A stretch of 32,000 bases of DNA from NCBI GenBank assembly GCA_000967895.1, contig FO203512.1, forward strand, positions 3,315,531 through 3,347,530, given 5' to 3'. Origin of the DNA: Oleispira antarctica RB-8 (GTDB lineage Bacteria > Pseudomonadota > Gammaproteobacteria > Pseudomonadales > Oceanobacteraceae). The position numbers were made by a program, and so were the translations under genes. Under the pieces are notes generated by a model. That model was not told the origin of the DNA. It did no database searches and was given only the letters and a program-made list of their open reading frames with translations. This document shows, one piece after another, positions 9,699 through 19,779 of the stretch. Each line of letters starts with the position of its first letter. Position 1 is the first letter of the stretch.

Positions 9699-9922
9699 TT
9701 GTTAGCAATAACGTCAGAACGCGAAGTTATTAAGCGATCTTTAAAAACATCATTGATTGTTAGGTCAATACTCGCCATTATTAATCACGGCGATGCTTTA
9801 TTGGCACTCAATACACTCTTAGATAGAGTCATTAAAATGGCGCTAACTTATGTGTGCCTTATTTAGTTTCAACAAGCGCCAACATAGGCGCCGTTCGTCA
9901 CCACGATAAAGTCCAACAGTAG
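9699..9922 (+). pseudogene. NrtS-like (nitrate/nitrite transporter NrtS family) small membrane protein, interrupted by an apparent -1 nt indel
   Basis: Frame A from TTG 9699 (preceded by AAAAGG): LLAITSEREVIKRSLKTSLIVRSILAIINHGDALLALNTLLDRVIKMALTYVCLI*. From 9857 a second frame continues PYLVSTSANIGAVRHHDKVQQ* to TAG 9920-9922. Adding one T near 9851 gives ...KMALTYCVPYLVSTSANIGAVRHHDKVQQ*. INHGDAL and LTY..PYLVS match my recollection of NrtS family motifs. Confidence 0.6.
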
Positions 9923-9934
9923 TAAGGAATACTA

Positions 9935-10390
9935 ATGACTGATTTATACGATTACCCTGTAGTTATCGAAGTCCCTGTCGCTTGGGGAGAAATGGATTCG
10001 TTCAAACATGTAAACAATGTTCATTATTTTCGATATTTTGAAAGCGCTCGTACTAAATATGTTGAAGAGCTCAAGATTCTCGACTTCATGAATAATTACG
10101 CTAAAGGGCCGATTTTATCAGAAACATCGGCTAAATTTTTAGCACCCGTTAGCTACCCAGATACACTCTCTATTGGTATTCGCAGTATAAAAGCGGAAGG
10201 AGGCAAGTTAATTCAAGAATATGCTATCTGGAGTCAAGAGCAGTCTAGACTAGTAACTACAGGCGAAAGCACTATGTTATTTTTTGATTATAAGATTGGC
10301 AAACGTTGCGACATTCCTACTGAATTGGCAAAGAGAATGGTTAAGCTAGAACCTTTACTCGCCAAGTCATTAGAGACGGCAAGTATCTAA
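9935..10390 (+). CDS. Acyl-CoA thioesterase, 4-hydroxybenzoyl-CoA thioesterase-like hotdog fold
   Basis: EVPVAWGEMDSFKHVNNVHYFRYFESARTKYVEEL is the hotdog thioesterase signature. Confidence 0.88.
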   Translation: MTDLYDYPVVIEVPVAWGEMDSFKHVNNVHYFRYFESARTKYVEELKILDFMNNYAKGPILSETSAKFLAPVSYPDTLSIGIRSIKAEGGKLIQEYAIWSQEQSRLVTTGESTMLFFDYKIGKRCDIPTELAKRMVKLEPLLAKSLETASI

Positions 10391-10475
10391 TATAATCTCT
10401 TTCGAGGGTTGTTTTATTCCAATTCAGCCCTCACATTAGCTACTCACCAGCGCAATCTAGCCTAGGGCGGAAAAA

Positions 10476-11444
10476 ATGCTAATCGGTAAACGAGAAGAAT
10501 TCGATTTAAATGAAATGGCCATTTTTGTCCGTGTGGTTGAGTCCGGTAGTTTCACTGGAGCAGCTAAAGCCTTAGGTCTCCCCAAGTCTACGGTTAGCCG
10601 TAAAATTACTCAGCTAGAAGAGCGCTTAGGCGTTCGTCTAATTCAACGAACCACTAGAAGCCTGAGTCTTACAGATACTGGTAGCGCCTACCATGAACAT
10701 TGCGCGCGCATTTTAGGTGACATTGAAGAAGCAAACATTGCAGTAACGCAAATGCAAAGCACCCCAACAGGTACTTTACGCATTACCGCACCGGTATTAT
10801 TCGGTTCAACTGTATTATCTGGATTAATTGCCGAATATATGGAGTTGCATCCACAGGTTAATATCGATCTTATATTAACCGATCAAATGCTCGATTTAGT
10901 CCAAGATGGTATCGATGTCGCTTTCCGCGTTGGTCACTTAGAAGACTCATCTTTAATTGGTCGTTATTTGGGCGATGTTAAAGCGATTCTTTGCGCCAGT
11001 TCAGACTATGTAGAGCGCTTTGGAAAACCGTCGCATCCTGATGAAATAAGCAATCACCAAGTTATATCAGCCACAGGCTGGACCCAATGGTCGCTCAAAG
11101 GGCCTAATGCACAAGAAATAAATGTAAATATCAAGCCACGTTTAAAAGTGAATGATCTTTCAAGCCTCTATACCCTTGCCTTATCTGGTGCAGGCATTAC
11201 CGCTTTGCCAGTATTAATTGCAGCATCGGCGATCAAGAGTAAAAACTTAATTCCTATTTTATGCGACTGGCCTTTTGAAGCACACCCTATTCATACGTTA
11301 TACGCCAGTAACCGACATTTATCGGCCAAAGTAAGAAGCTTCGTTGATTTTGTTATTGAGCAGGTAAGACCTAATCCACCTTGGTTAGTGGATATGGAAG
11401 GACACGATAAATGTGAAGCAGAACAGCCTATTACAAAAAAATAA
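10476..11444 (+). CDS. LysR family transcriptional regulator
   Basis: N-terminal HTH: MAIFVRVVESGSFTGAAKALGLPKSTVSRKITQLEERLGVRLIQRTTRSLSLTDTG. Confidence 0.95.
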   Translation: MLIGKREEFDLNEMAIFVRVVESGSFTGAAKALGLPKSTVSRKITQLEERLGVRLIQRTTRSLSLTDTGSAYHEHCARILGDIEEANIAVTQMQSTPTGTLRITAPVLFGSTVLSGLIAEYMELHPQVNIDLILTDQMLDLVQDGIDVAFRVGHLEDSSLIGRYLGDVKAILCASSDYVERFGKPSHPDEISNHQVISATGWTQWSLKGPNAQEINVNIKPRLKVNDLSSLYTLALSGAGITALPVLIAASAIKSKNLIPILCDWPFEAHPIHTLYASNRHLSAKVRSFVDFVIEQVRPNPPWLVDMEGHDKCEAEQPITKK

Positions 11445-12614
11445 TTACGCGAGTTTCTCTAAACTCTCTATGATTTTTTTCAATTGGGCTGGATTAATCT
11501 TATCGGTTTTAAACAATGTATCGATATGCACTAAAAACTGATGTAAATCTTTATCTAAACTTAGACCGTCATTGAAGATTTTATTGGTATTTGAAATTGC
11601 TTTTTCAATGGTGGTTTGTAAGCTTTTTTCCTGTGCTTCATCCATTCCTAAATATTGCATCGATGCTTCAATGTTGTCTGCCATATCTTCAACAACACTC
11701 GCAATGTCCTTCATAACGCCTTGATAGCTTTCATCAACCGACGACATCAAGTCTTTCATTTTTATAGTTAAACTGCGCACTAAATTTTTCTCTAATGCTA
11801 AACTTTCGAGCGTATCTAACGCCTGAATCCGTGCATCTGTGCCCTGTAATAAAGAAAATACATTATCTTTTATTGCACCATACTTTTTCTCATCCTCAAT
11901 CGGCATGTTCTTTACCAATAAAGAAACTGATTCATAATTCATCACCGAACGATGGCCAAAATCGACATAACGTCCCTGATCTTTCATTTCAGACAGTAAT
12001 TTAGATTCTAACGACTTCGCCATGCCATTAACTTCCATATTTTTAACGGAAAATTGGCTGCGTAACTGTAAGCTGCAACTAATTCCGTACGATTTTAACG
12101 CTTGAAATAGTCGCATTCCCAGTTCATCAATATTACTACAACGATTAACATCCAATAAAAATTGAATATTTACACCCAAATCGCTGGTATCAGACATGGC
12201 AATAAACGCCATTTCATTAGCCTGAGCAAGCTGCATTTTTAGCTGATCATTAGCAATTTTATTAATAATGATTCGTTCTAGGCGACCATGAAGCTCAGTT
12301 TTAAGATCATCAATAGATAAATAATCATCGGCACCACAATCATAAGCTGCTAAACGCTCTTCATTATTATCGTCGGAACTGACGAAGATAACAGGAATAT
12401 CAAAAGAAGCTTTAATCTTTTGACATAGCTCTAAGACAGGGATCGATGAACAGGTCATATCAGCCAAAACAAGCTGATAACGATTATCGCTTAACGCCTG
12501 AAGGCAGCCTTCTTCGTCGTTAACTAAAAGCGACTCAAAGGAGTCATCAAGATGATCCCCAAGGCATAGATTGTTATCACAGCCAAGAAGGATAATAGAA
12601 TAACTAGCGGCCAT
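11445..12614 (-). CDS. Response-regulator-like protein with degenerate receiver domain and non-DNA-binding C-terminus
   Basis: N-terminal CheY-like fold: CLQALSDNRYQLVLADMTCSSIPVLELCQKIKASFDIPVIFVSSDDNNEERLAAYDCGADDYLSIDDL; remainder helical/GAF-like without an obvious HTH. Confidence 0.75.
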   Translation of the reverse strand: MAASYSIILLGCDNNLCLGDHLDDSFESLLVNDEEGCLQALSDNRYQLVLADMTCSSIPVLELCQKIKASFDIPVIFVSSDDNNEERLAAYDCGADDYLSIDDLKTELHGRLERIIINKIANDQLKMQLAQANEMAFIAMSDTSDLGVNIQFLLDVNRCSNIDELGMRLFQALKSYGISCSLQLRSQFSVKNMEVNGMAKSLESKLLSEMKDQGRYVDFGHRSVMNYESVSLLVKNMPIEDEKKYGAIKDNVFSLLQGTDARIQALDTLESLALEKNLVRSLTIKMKDLMSSVDESYQGVMKDIASVVEDMADNIEASMQYLGMDEAQEKSLQTTIEKAISNTNKIFNDGLSLDKDLHQFLVHIDTLFKTDKINPAQLKKIIESLEKLA

Positions 12615-12749
12615 GCCAACCCCATAAAAATTAATAAAAATATTAGTTATTAATTAGGTATAGACAATGAGACGGCCGTTTTCAATTTAAAGTGTTCTTT
12701 AGTGCTGCTTTTTAATACGAAGTCATACTATATTCCGATATCCGTATAC

Positions 12750-15485
12750 TCAAATAATCATCCGCTCTCGAGCTTTTACAATCGCTTGAGTGCGACTTTT
12801 AGCCCCGAGCTTGGCGTTGATCTTGCGCGCATGTGTTTTTACCGTATGCAGAGAAATAAAGAGCTGATCAGCAATACCTTGATTAGAATAGCCTTCTGCA
12901 ATCAAACCTAAAACTTCTTGCTCTCGAACGCTCAAATTAGATGCTTCAATAAAAACAGGAACCGCCGACTGTGCCGATAACTCTGCTTTGCTACCCGGTT
13001 TATAATCAGTATGACGAGGCTCTTGCGATACCGTCGTTACTGTCAACATTGAGCCAATAGCCGATTCGAGATCCGAAACACTTATCGATATAAATTGGCT
13101 TAAATCCAATTTTATTTTTTCTTGCTCCGCAAACTTTAAACCCTGCTGCCATACCTGTTTAGCCTTACTAACCTCACCCTTTAAAGCATATGCGACCGCT
13201 TGGAATAATGTTCCTGATAGTTGAATAATGCTGGCCTGTTTTTTTAACGCCACACGATCGAGCAGTTGAATAACATTCGAATATTCTTTTTTCTGGAATA
13301 ATAAACGGGCGCAAGATAAACGATATAAGCCTGACTGCATCGGAAATAATTCAGCATGGTTCGTACCTAACGGATCATCTCCCTTAGTCACACGATCTAA
13401 GCACTCTTCAGCACGGTTCCATTTTCCTAAGGCCATCCAAATATTCGCTTTTACAATATCAATCCAGTTCTTGTAAACCTGTTCTGATACTTGCCAGCGC
13501 TGCATTAAACGCTCTGCTTCCGCAATAATGGCCAAAGCAGCTTTGCCTTCTTGCTTCATAATATGAATCAAGGCCAATAAGCTATAGCCATAAAGAACAA
13601 TAACGTCTCGACATCGATTTGCTTCATTAATGCCAATATAAGCATCTTGTCGAGCACCTTCAATGTCACCTTTTAACCAGCGTATAAACGCACGATAAAT
13701 AATTAATCGTGCATGAGGAAATAAACGTGCTTGCTGCGGTAAGCGTAGGGTCAATTCTAACCCCTGATCCACAACCTCAGCGCTGCGAAGAAGATGACCA
13801 CGATACTGCTCGACTCTAGCGTAATCAAAAAGAGAAAAAACCTCTAAACTTAATGCCTGATGCTGGCGAGCAATATCTATCGCTAAACGATTCCAAAGAC
13901 GCGCATTCTCAGGTTTTTGACTCACTAATTCTATATTGCACAAGGTAGAACACATTAATACCCGAATAGGAAAACGGTCTTCCGGCAACTCACGCAAAGC
14001 CAGCTCACATAGACTACGGGCTTGCCCATAATCCCCTTCTCCGCGCGCAATAAAACCTCGTAAGGCCAGTAGCTGTCCTGGATAGTGCATTTCTATCTGA
14101 TGAGTATCGAGTTGATTAATCAGACGTCCTACCGCGGCGTATTGAAAGGTTAACAATAAGCTCCAAATTTGCATCAGCTGCAAACGAGCAGAACTGGCAA
14201 TAATATCGCTCCCCACAAAATCACACCAAGCTAGAACCGCAGCAAAATCTAGATCGGCAATAATGCGATCAACTTCACTTTCAATCCATAAGGCCGCTTC
14301 TTGAGTGAGCTTGCCTAAGCGGGCATGCTGCAAGGCTTCAACTCGAAACCCTTGCTGTTTAAGACTATGAAAAGCGGCTAAATGTGTTTTTTCACGATCC
14401 TGTTCACTGCTGTACTGGCATAATAATTCGGCCAGTAGCGGATGCAGTGTGAACCAGCCCAAGCGTTGATCAATGCTGTCAATAAACAGATTGTGGTGTA
14501 CCAGCTGCTGAATCCAGCGACTGCTGTCTTCAATACCTAATACTTCGTTGCATAAAATTTCATTAAAACTGGTCAGCGGCGCAATACGAATTAAAAATTC
14601 TTTTAATTGAGGCTCCAGTCCAGACAGAACTTCCCCCATTAAATAATCAGCCAGCTGCTCCCTCTCATGACCCAAGTCTTCTGGCCAACTCGCATTCTCT
14701 CGACAGAGTAACCATAAGCCTAATCCTGCTGGCCAACCTTGCATTCTCTCCATCAAGTTAAAAGCTTGCTGCTGATCATAAATATCCGCTTGCTGTAACC
14801 AAGCAGTCACTTGCTGAAAATCGAACGCTAAATCTTGCTGTTTAATAAACTCTAAGCGCGGGTCTAACCTTAAACGCCCAAGTGCATTTGGGATGAACCG
14901 CGACGCCATTAATAAGCGCATATTACCGGGGAGTTGAGTCATCAAAGACTGAATGACCTGCCAAGCAGCAGGGTCTTCTATTTCGTGAACATTATCCAAA
15001 ACGACAATCAATGGACAATTCAAGCTGGCCAGCTCATCTAAAAAGAGCAGTAAAACTTCTTCGCAATCCAGCGAGCCTTGATTCATCGTCGCAAGCCAAT
15101 GCGCTAAGGCATCGGTAGCCACACCCGCCACCATTTTATTAGCGGCTTCAAGCAAGTGTCGCAGCAAAAAAGCTTCATGATTGTCTTTACTATCAAGGGT
15201 TAGCCATAAACCTAGAGTATCGTTACTTGCATCTTTAGAGTTAACTTGCTGACCATACCAATCACTCAACAGCACACTTTTTCCATAGCCCGCGGGGGCT
15301 AATAACCAAGTAATCGCTTTGCTTTGAGAAAGCTTTTGAGATAATTCAGGGCGCGCCAAAAAGTGCTCCGGCAACTCGATAGCTTTGCTTTTCAAAGCTA
15401 CCCAGGAAGATAGTACTTTCTGATCCAGCGTTGATAACCAAGCTTTTTGATCTGAATTAAATGCAGCCGTCTTCATTAATGCCAT
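12750..15485 (-). CDS. MalT-like STAND ATPase / LuxR family transcriptional regulator
   Basis: WLLAPAGYGKSVLLSDW (Walker A), long helical repeat region, C-terminal LuxR HTH: LSVREQEVLGLIAEGYSNQGIADQLFISLHTVKTHARKINAKLGAKSRTQAIVKAR. Confidence 0.95.
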   Translation of the reverse strand: MALMKTAAFNSDQKAWLSTLDQKVLSSWVALKSKAIELPEHFLARPELSQKLSQSKAITWLLAPAGYGKSVLLSDWYGQQVNSKDASNDTLGLWLTLDSKDNHEAFLLRHLLEAANKMVAGVATDALAHWLATMNQGSLDCEEVLLLFLDELASLNCPLIVVLDNVHEIEDPAAWQVIQSLMTQLPGNMRLLMASRFIPNALGRLRLDPRLEFIKQQDLAFDFQQVTAWLQQADIYDQQQAFNLMERMQGWPAGLGLWLLCRENASWPEDLGHEREQLADYLMGEVLSGLEPQLKEFLIRIAPLTSFNEILCNEVLGIEDSSRWIQQLVHHNLFIDSIDQRLGWFTLHPLLAELLCQYSSEQDREKTHLAAFHSLKQQGFRVEALQHARLGKLTQEAALWIESEVDRIIADLDFAAVLAWCDFVGSDIIASSARLQLMQIWSLLLTFQYAAVGRLINQLDTHQIEMHYPGQLLALRGFIARGEGDYGQARSLCELALRELPEDRFPIRVLMCSTLCNIELVSQKPENARLWNRLAIDIARQHQALSLEVFSLFDYARVEQYRGHLLRSAEVVDQGLELTLRLPQQARLFPHARLIIYRAFIRWLKGDIEGARQDAYIGINEANRCRDVIVLYGYSLLALIHIMKQEGKAALAIIAEAERLMQRWQVSEQVYKNWIDIVKANIWMALGKWNRAEECLDRVTKGDDPLGTNHAELFPMQSGLYRLSCARLLFQKKEYSNVIQLLDRVALKKQASIIQLSGTLFQAVAYALKGEVSKAKQVWQQGLKFAEQEKIKLDLSQFISISVSDLESAIGSMLTVTTVSQEPRHTDYKPGSKAELSAQSAVPVFIEASNLSVREQEVLGLIAEGYSNQGIADQLFISLHTVKTHARKINAKLGAKSRTQAIVKARERMII

Positions 15486-15651
15486 ACGCTTATTATGTTT
15501 CTACGTTGCGTTATTATTTTACTGTTAAAGCCGCAGTGAATCAGGCTTAAGTGAAGTACCATGAGATCATGCCACCCAGAGGAACTCAACATTATAGGCC
15601 AGCTAGTTACATAAAATTACACAATATTCTGAATTTTATGACCAAAATCAA

Positions 15652-15718
15652 AAAAAGCCGCACTCCAAGAATGTCGTTTTCAGCAGAAAGACAACACTCA
15701 TCAAAGATACGGCTTTTT
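15652..15718 (-). terminator. Probable groESL transcription terminator with long two-tier hairpin
   Basis: AAAAAGCCG (15652-15660) pairs with CGGCTTTTT (15710-15718); on the minus strand the 3' arm is GCGGCTTTTTTT. Inner stem TGTC..TTTC-AGCA-GAAAGACA at about 15672-15693. Confidence 0.6.
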
Positions 15719-15785
15719 ATAGAGACAGCCTTGAGCCTGATCTTTTTACACGGTAAGCAGATCAGGACAATGAATCACAAAGTGA

Positions 15786-17441
<1,656 letters not shown>

Positions 17442-17480
17442 TTAAATTTTGTAGGTTAAATAAAAAAGTGAGTGTAATAA

Positions 17481-17774
17481 TTAAGCTTCTAAAACGCCGT
17501 AGATATCACTTTCATTCAAAATCAATAATTCTTCACCATCGATATCGATAGTATTTTGACCTGAGTATTTACCAAAAACGACAACATCGCCTTCGTTAAC
17601 CGCCAGCGCTTGCACTGAACCATTATCAAGAATACGGCCAGTACCCACAGAGATAACAACACCTTGATTTGGTTTTTCTGCCGCAGCGCCCGGTAAAATA
17701 ATACCACCCGCAGTTGCGGTCTCTTCTTCTTTACGGCGAACAACAATACGATCATGTAATGGACGGATTTTCAT
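17481..17774 (-). CDS. groS: Co-chaperonin GroES
   Basis: [44 protein letters not shown]. Confidence 0.99.
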   Translation of the reverse strand: MKIRPLHDRIVVRRKEEETATAGGIILPGAAAEKPNQGVVISVGTGRILDNGSVQALAVNEGDVVVFGKYSGQNTIDIDGEELLILNESDIYGVLEA

Positions 17775-17865
17775 TTGCTAGACTCTCCAACTGTTGGATC
17801 CCAAGTATTAGGATCAATAAGGTAAACAAAGGCTAAATTGCCTCTGTGAAAAATAGATGGTTAAT

Positions 17866-17894
17866 TTATCGGGGCTTTTACTAGGATTTCAACG
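17866..17894 (-). promoter_or_regulatory. Sigma32-type heat shock promoter of groESL
   Basis: Minus-strand reading: CGTTGAAA - TCCTAGTAAAAG - CCCCGATAA, close to the sigma32 consensus (CTTGAAA / CCCCAT-T), about 90 nt upstream of groS. Confidence 0.7.
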
Positions 17895-17911
17895 GCTAGC
17901 CGAAAAAATAC

Positions 17912-18415
17912 CTACTTATCGTCTTTGGTATATTCGCCTTCAATTGTGATTTTTTCATGACTGCTTTGCGAGTCAGTGTGCGAATGTACATCTTTAAACG
18001 AGCCTTCCTGAAAACTACCCGTCGCTTGAAAGCTGCTTGCAGTCATCATGCGAGGGGTAATAAATGCAATCACCTTATGGACCAACGCTTTACGCGTCGC
18101 GGGGACGAGTAATGTAAAACCCAGCGCATCAGTGACAAAACCCGGCGTTAATAATAAAGCGCCGGCCAGTGCTAACAAGAAACCTTCTGCTAATTCTTGG
18201 GCAGGAATCTGTCCTTGCTGCATTTTTTGATTAGCACGCAATAAAGTACTAATACCCTGTTTACGCAACAACCTAACCCCAACAAAAGCGGTAATAACAA
18301 TTAAACCCAACGTCCAGCCAATACCAATGAAGCTATTCACTTTCAAAATCACGGCTAATTCGATTAATGGAATAATGATAAAAATAATTAATAAAGGCAT
18401 TTGCCCTCCTACCAA
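17912..18415 (-). CDS. fxsA: FxsA family membrane protein
   Basis: FIIIPLIELAVILKVNSFIGIGWTLGLIVITAFVGVRLLRKQGISTLLRANQKMQQGQIPAQELAEGFLLALAGALLLTPGFVTDALGFTLLVPATR. Confidence 0.93.
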   Translation of the reverse strand: MVGGQMPLLIIFIIIPLIELAVILKVNSFIGIGWTLGLIVITAFVGVRLLRKQGISTLLRANQKMQQGQIPAQELAEGFLLALAGALLLTPGFVTDALGFTLLVPATRKALVHKVIAFITPRMMTASSFQATGSFQEGSFKDVHSHTDSQSSHEKITIEGEYTKDDK

Positions 18416-18670
18416 GAAACTAAAACAACTGAGTTAATACTCTCTTAAATGGGTTCACCTGAACATATTTCAAGATCAATTTTCAATTCTCATGACTTTG
18501 CATCACTATTTTTAGTAAAGAATCGTCTAACCTCATCCCCTAATAATACGACCTAAAGCTGATTATCAATTGATTATTAGCTAATTCACTCAAAATTCAT
18601 CTTTTGCTGGCTCAAGCTGTCTATAATGGCTGCAATACTGGCTATCTATTCAAACCTTAGGGAAAAACTC

Positions 18671-19453
18671 ATGAATTTAACCGATAAAGTAATCGCCATT
18701 ACTGGCGCGGGCCAAGGTCTAGGTCGTGCTATGGCGGTCTATTTAGCTAATCGTGGGGCTGATATCGCCATCATCGATTTAAACCCAGAGCATATGGAAG
18801 AAACCCAAAAGCAAGTGGAAGCAACAGGGCGTAAGGCCGCAGTTTTTTCGTGCAATGTTGCCGACGAACAGCAAGTTGAAGAAACCTTCGCTGCAATCCC
18901 TATCCAACTGGGCCGCCTAGATGGATTGATCAATAATGCTGGCATCTTGCGTGATGGCCTTATGGTTAAAGCCAAAGGTGATGAAATATCCAAGCTTTCC
19001 ATGCCACAGTGGCAAGCAGTGATCGATGTCAATTTGACCGGTGTTTTCTTATGTGCACGTGAAGCCTCGATTCAGATGATTAAACAAGCTCAGACTAATA
19101 ATGAAAGTGCTGATTGCGCGGGCTGTATTATCAATATATCCAGTATATCTAGAGCTGGAAACATGGGCCAAAGTAATTACTCAGCAGCCAAAGCGGGCGT
19201 TGCTGCGATGACGGTAACGTGGGCAAAAGAACTGGCACGCCAGAATATTCGTGTTGCCGCTATTGCACCGGGATTTATCGAAACCGAAATGACCCAAAGC
19301 ATGAAACCAGAAGCCTTGGCTAAAATGACCGCAGGCATTCCCCTGAAGCGCATGGGCAAGCCTGATGAGATTGCTCACTCTGCAGTCTTCATTTTTGAGA
19401 ACGATTATTACACTGGCCGAATCATTGAGTGCGATGGTGGTTTACGTTTGTAA
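18671..19453 (+). CDS. SDR family oxidoreductase (FabG-like)
   Basis: KVIAITGAGQGLGRAMAVYLANRGADIAIIDLN ... LINNAGILRDG ... YSAAKAG. ORF opens at 18626 but ATG 18671 (MNLTDKVIAITG) is the more likely start. Confidence 0.93.
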   Translation: MNLTDKVIAITGAGQGLGRAMAVYLANRGADIAIIDLNPEHMEETQKQVEATGRKAAVFSCNVADEQQVEETFAAIPIQLGRLDGLINNAGILRDGLMVKAKGDEISKLSMPQWQAVIDVNLTGVFLCAREASIQMIKQAQTNNESADCAGCIINISSISRAGNMGQSNYSAAKAGVAAMTVTWAKELARQNIRVAAIAPGFIETEMTQSMKPEALAKMTAGIPLKRMGKPDEIAHSAVFIFENDYYTGRIIECDGGLRL

Positions 19454-19476
19454 GCTTTCTTCTATATCATCCATAT

Positions 19477-19779
19477 ATGACTGCAGAAGAAACGTTATAT
19501 CAATTCATTGCCGCTATCCCTAGCGGCAACATCGCAACTTACGGCCAGCTAGCACGCTTAGCAGGACGACCAGGTGCTGCTCGCTGGGTTGGCCGCACAT
19601 TAAAACATCTTCCCAAAGATTCTCGACTGCCCTGGCATCGAGTAATTAATGCCCAAGGGAAAATTAGTTTCCCAGAAGGCAGTGAGCCTTGGGTTGTTCA
19701 AAAAGACAAATTAGCAGATGAAGGCATTCTATTGCACAATGGCCGCATTCGTTTAAAGGACTTCCAGTGGCAATGCTAG
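19477..19779 (+). CDS. Alkyltransferase-like (ATL) protein, MGMT-family DNA-binding protein with Trp in place of the catalytic Cys
   Basis: YQFIAAIPSGNIATYGQLARLAGRPGAARWVGRTLKH...LPWHRVINAQGKIS; PCHRV replaced by PWHRV. Start chosen at ATG 19477. Confidence 0.88.
   Translation: MTAEETLYQFIAAIPSGNIATYGQLARLAGRPGAARWVGRTLKHLPKDSRLPWHRVINAQGKISFPEGSEPWVVQKDKLADEGILLHNGRIRLKDFQWQC

Noticed and set aside
12702-12911. 69 aa plus-strand ORF overlapping the end of the MalT-like regulator
   Set aside because: Mostly antisense to the conserved LuxR HTH-coding region; no homology features.
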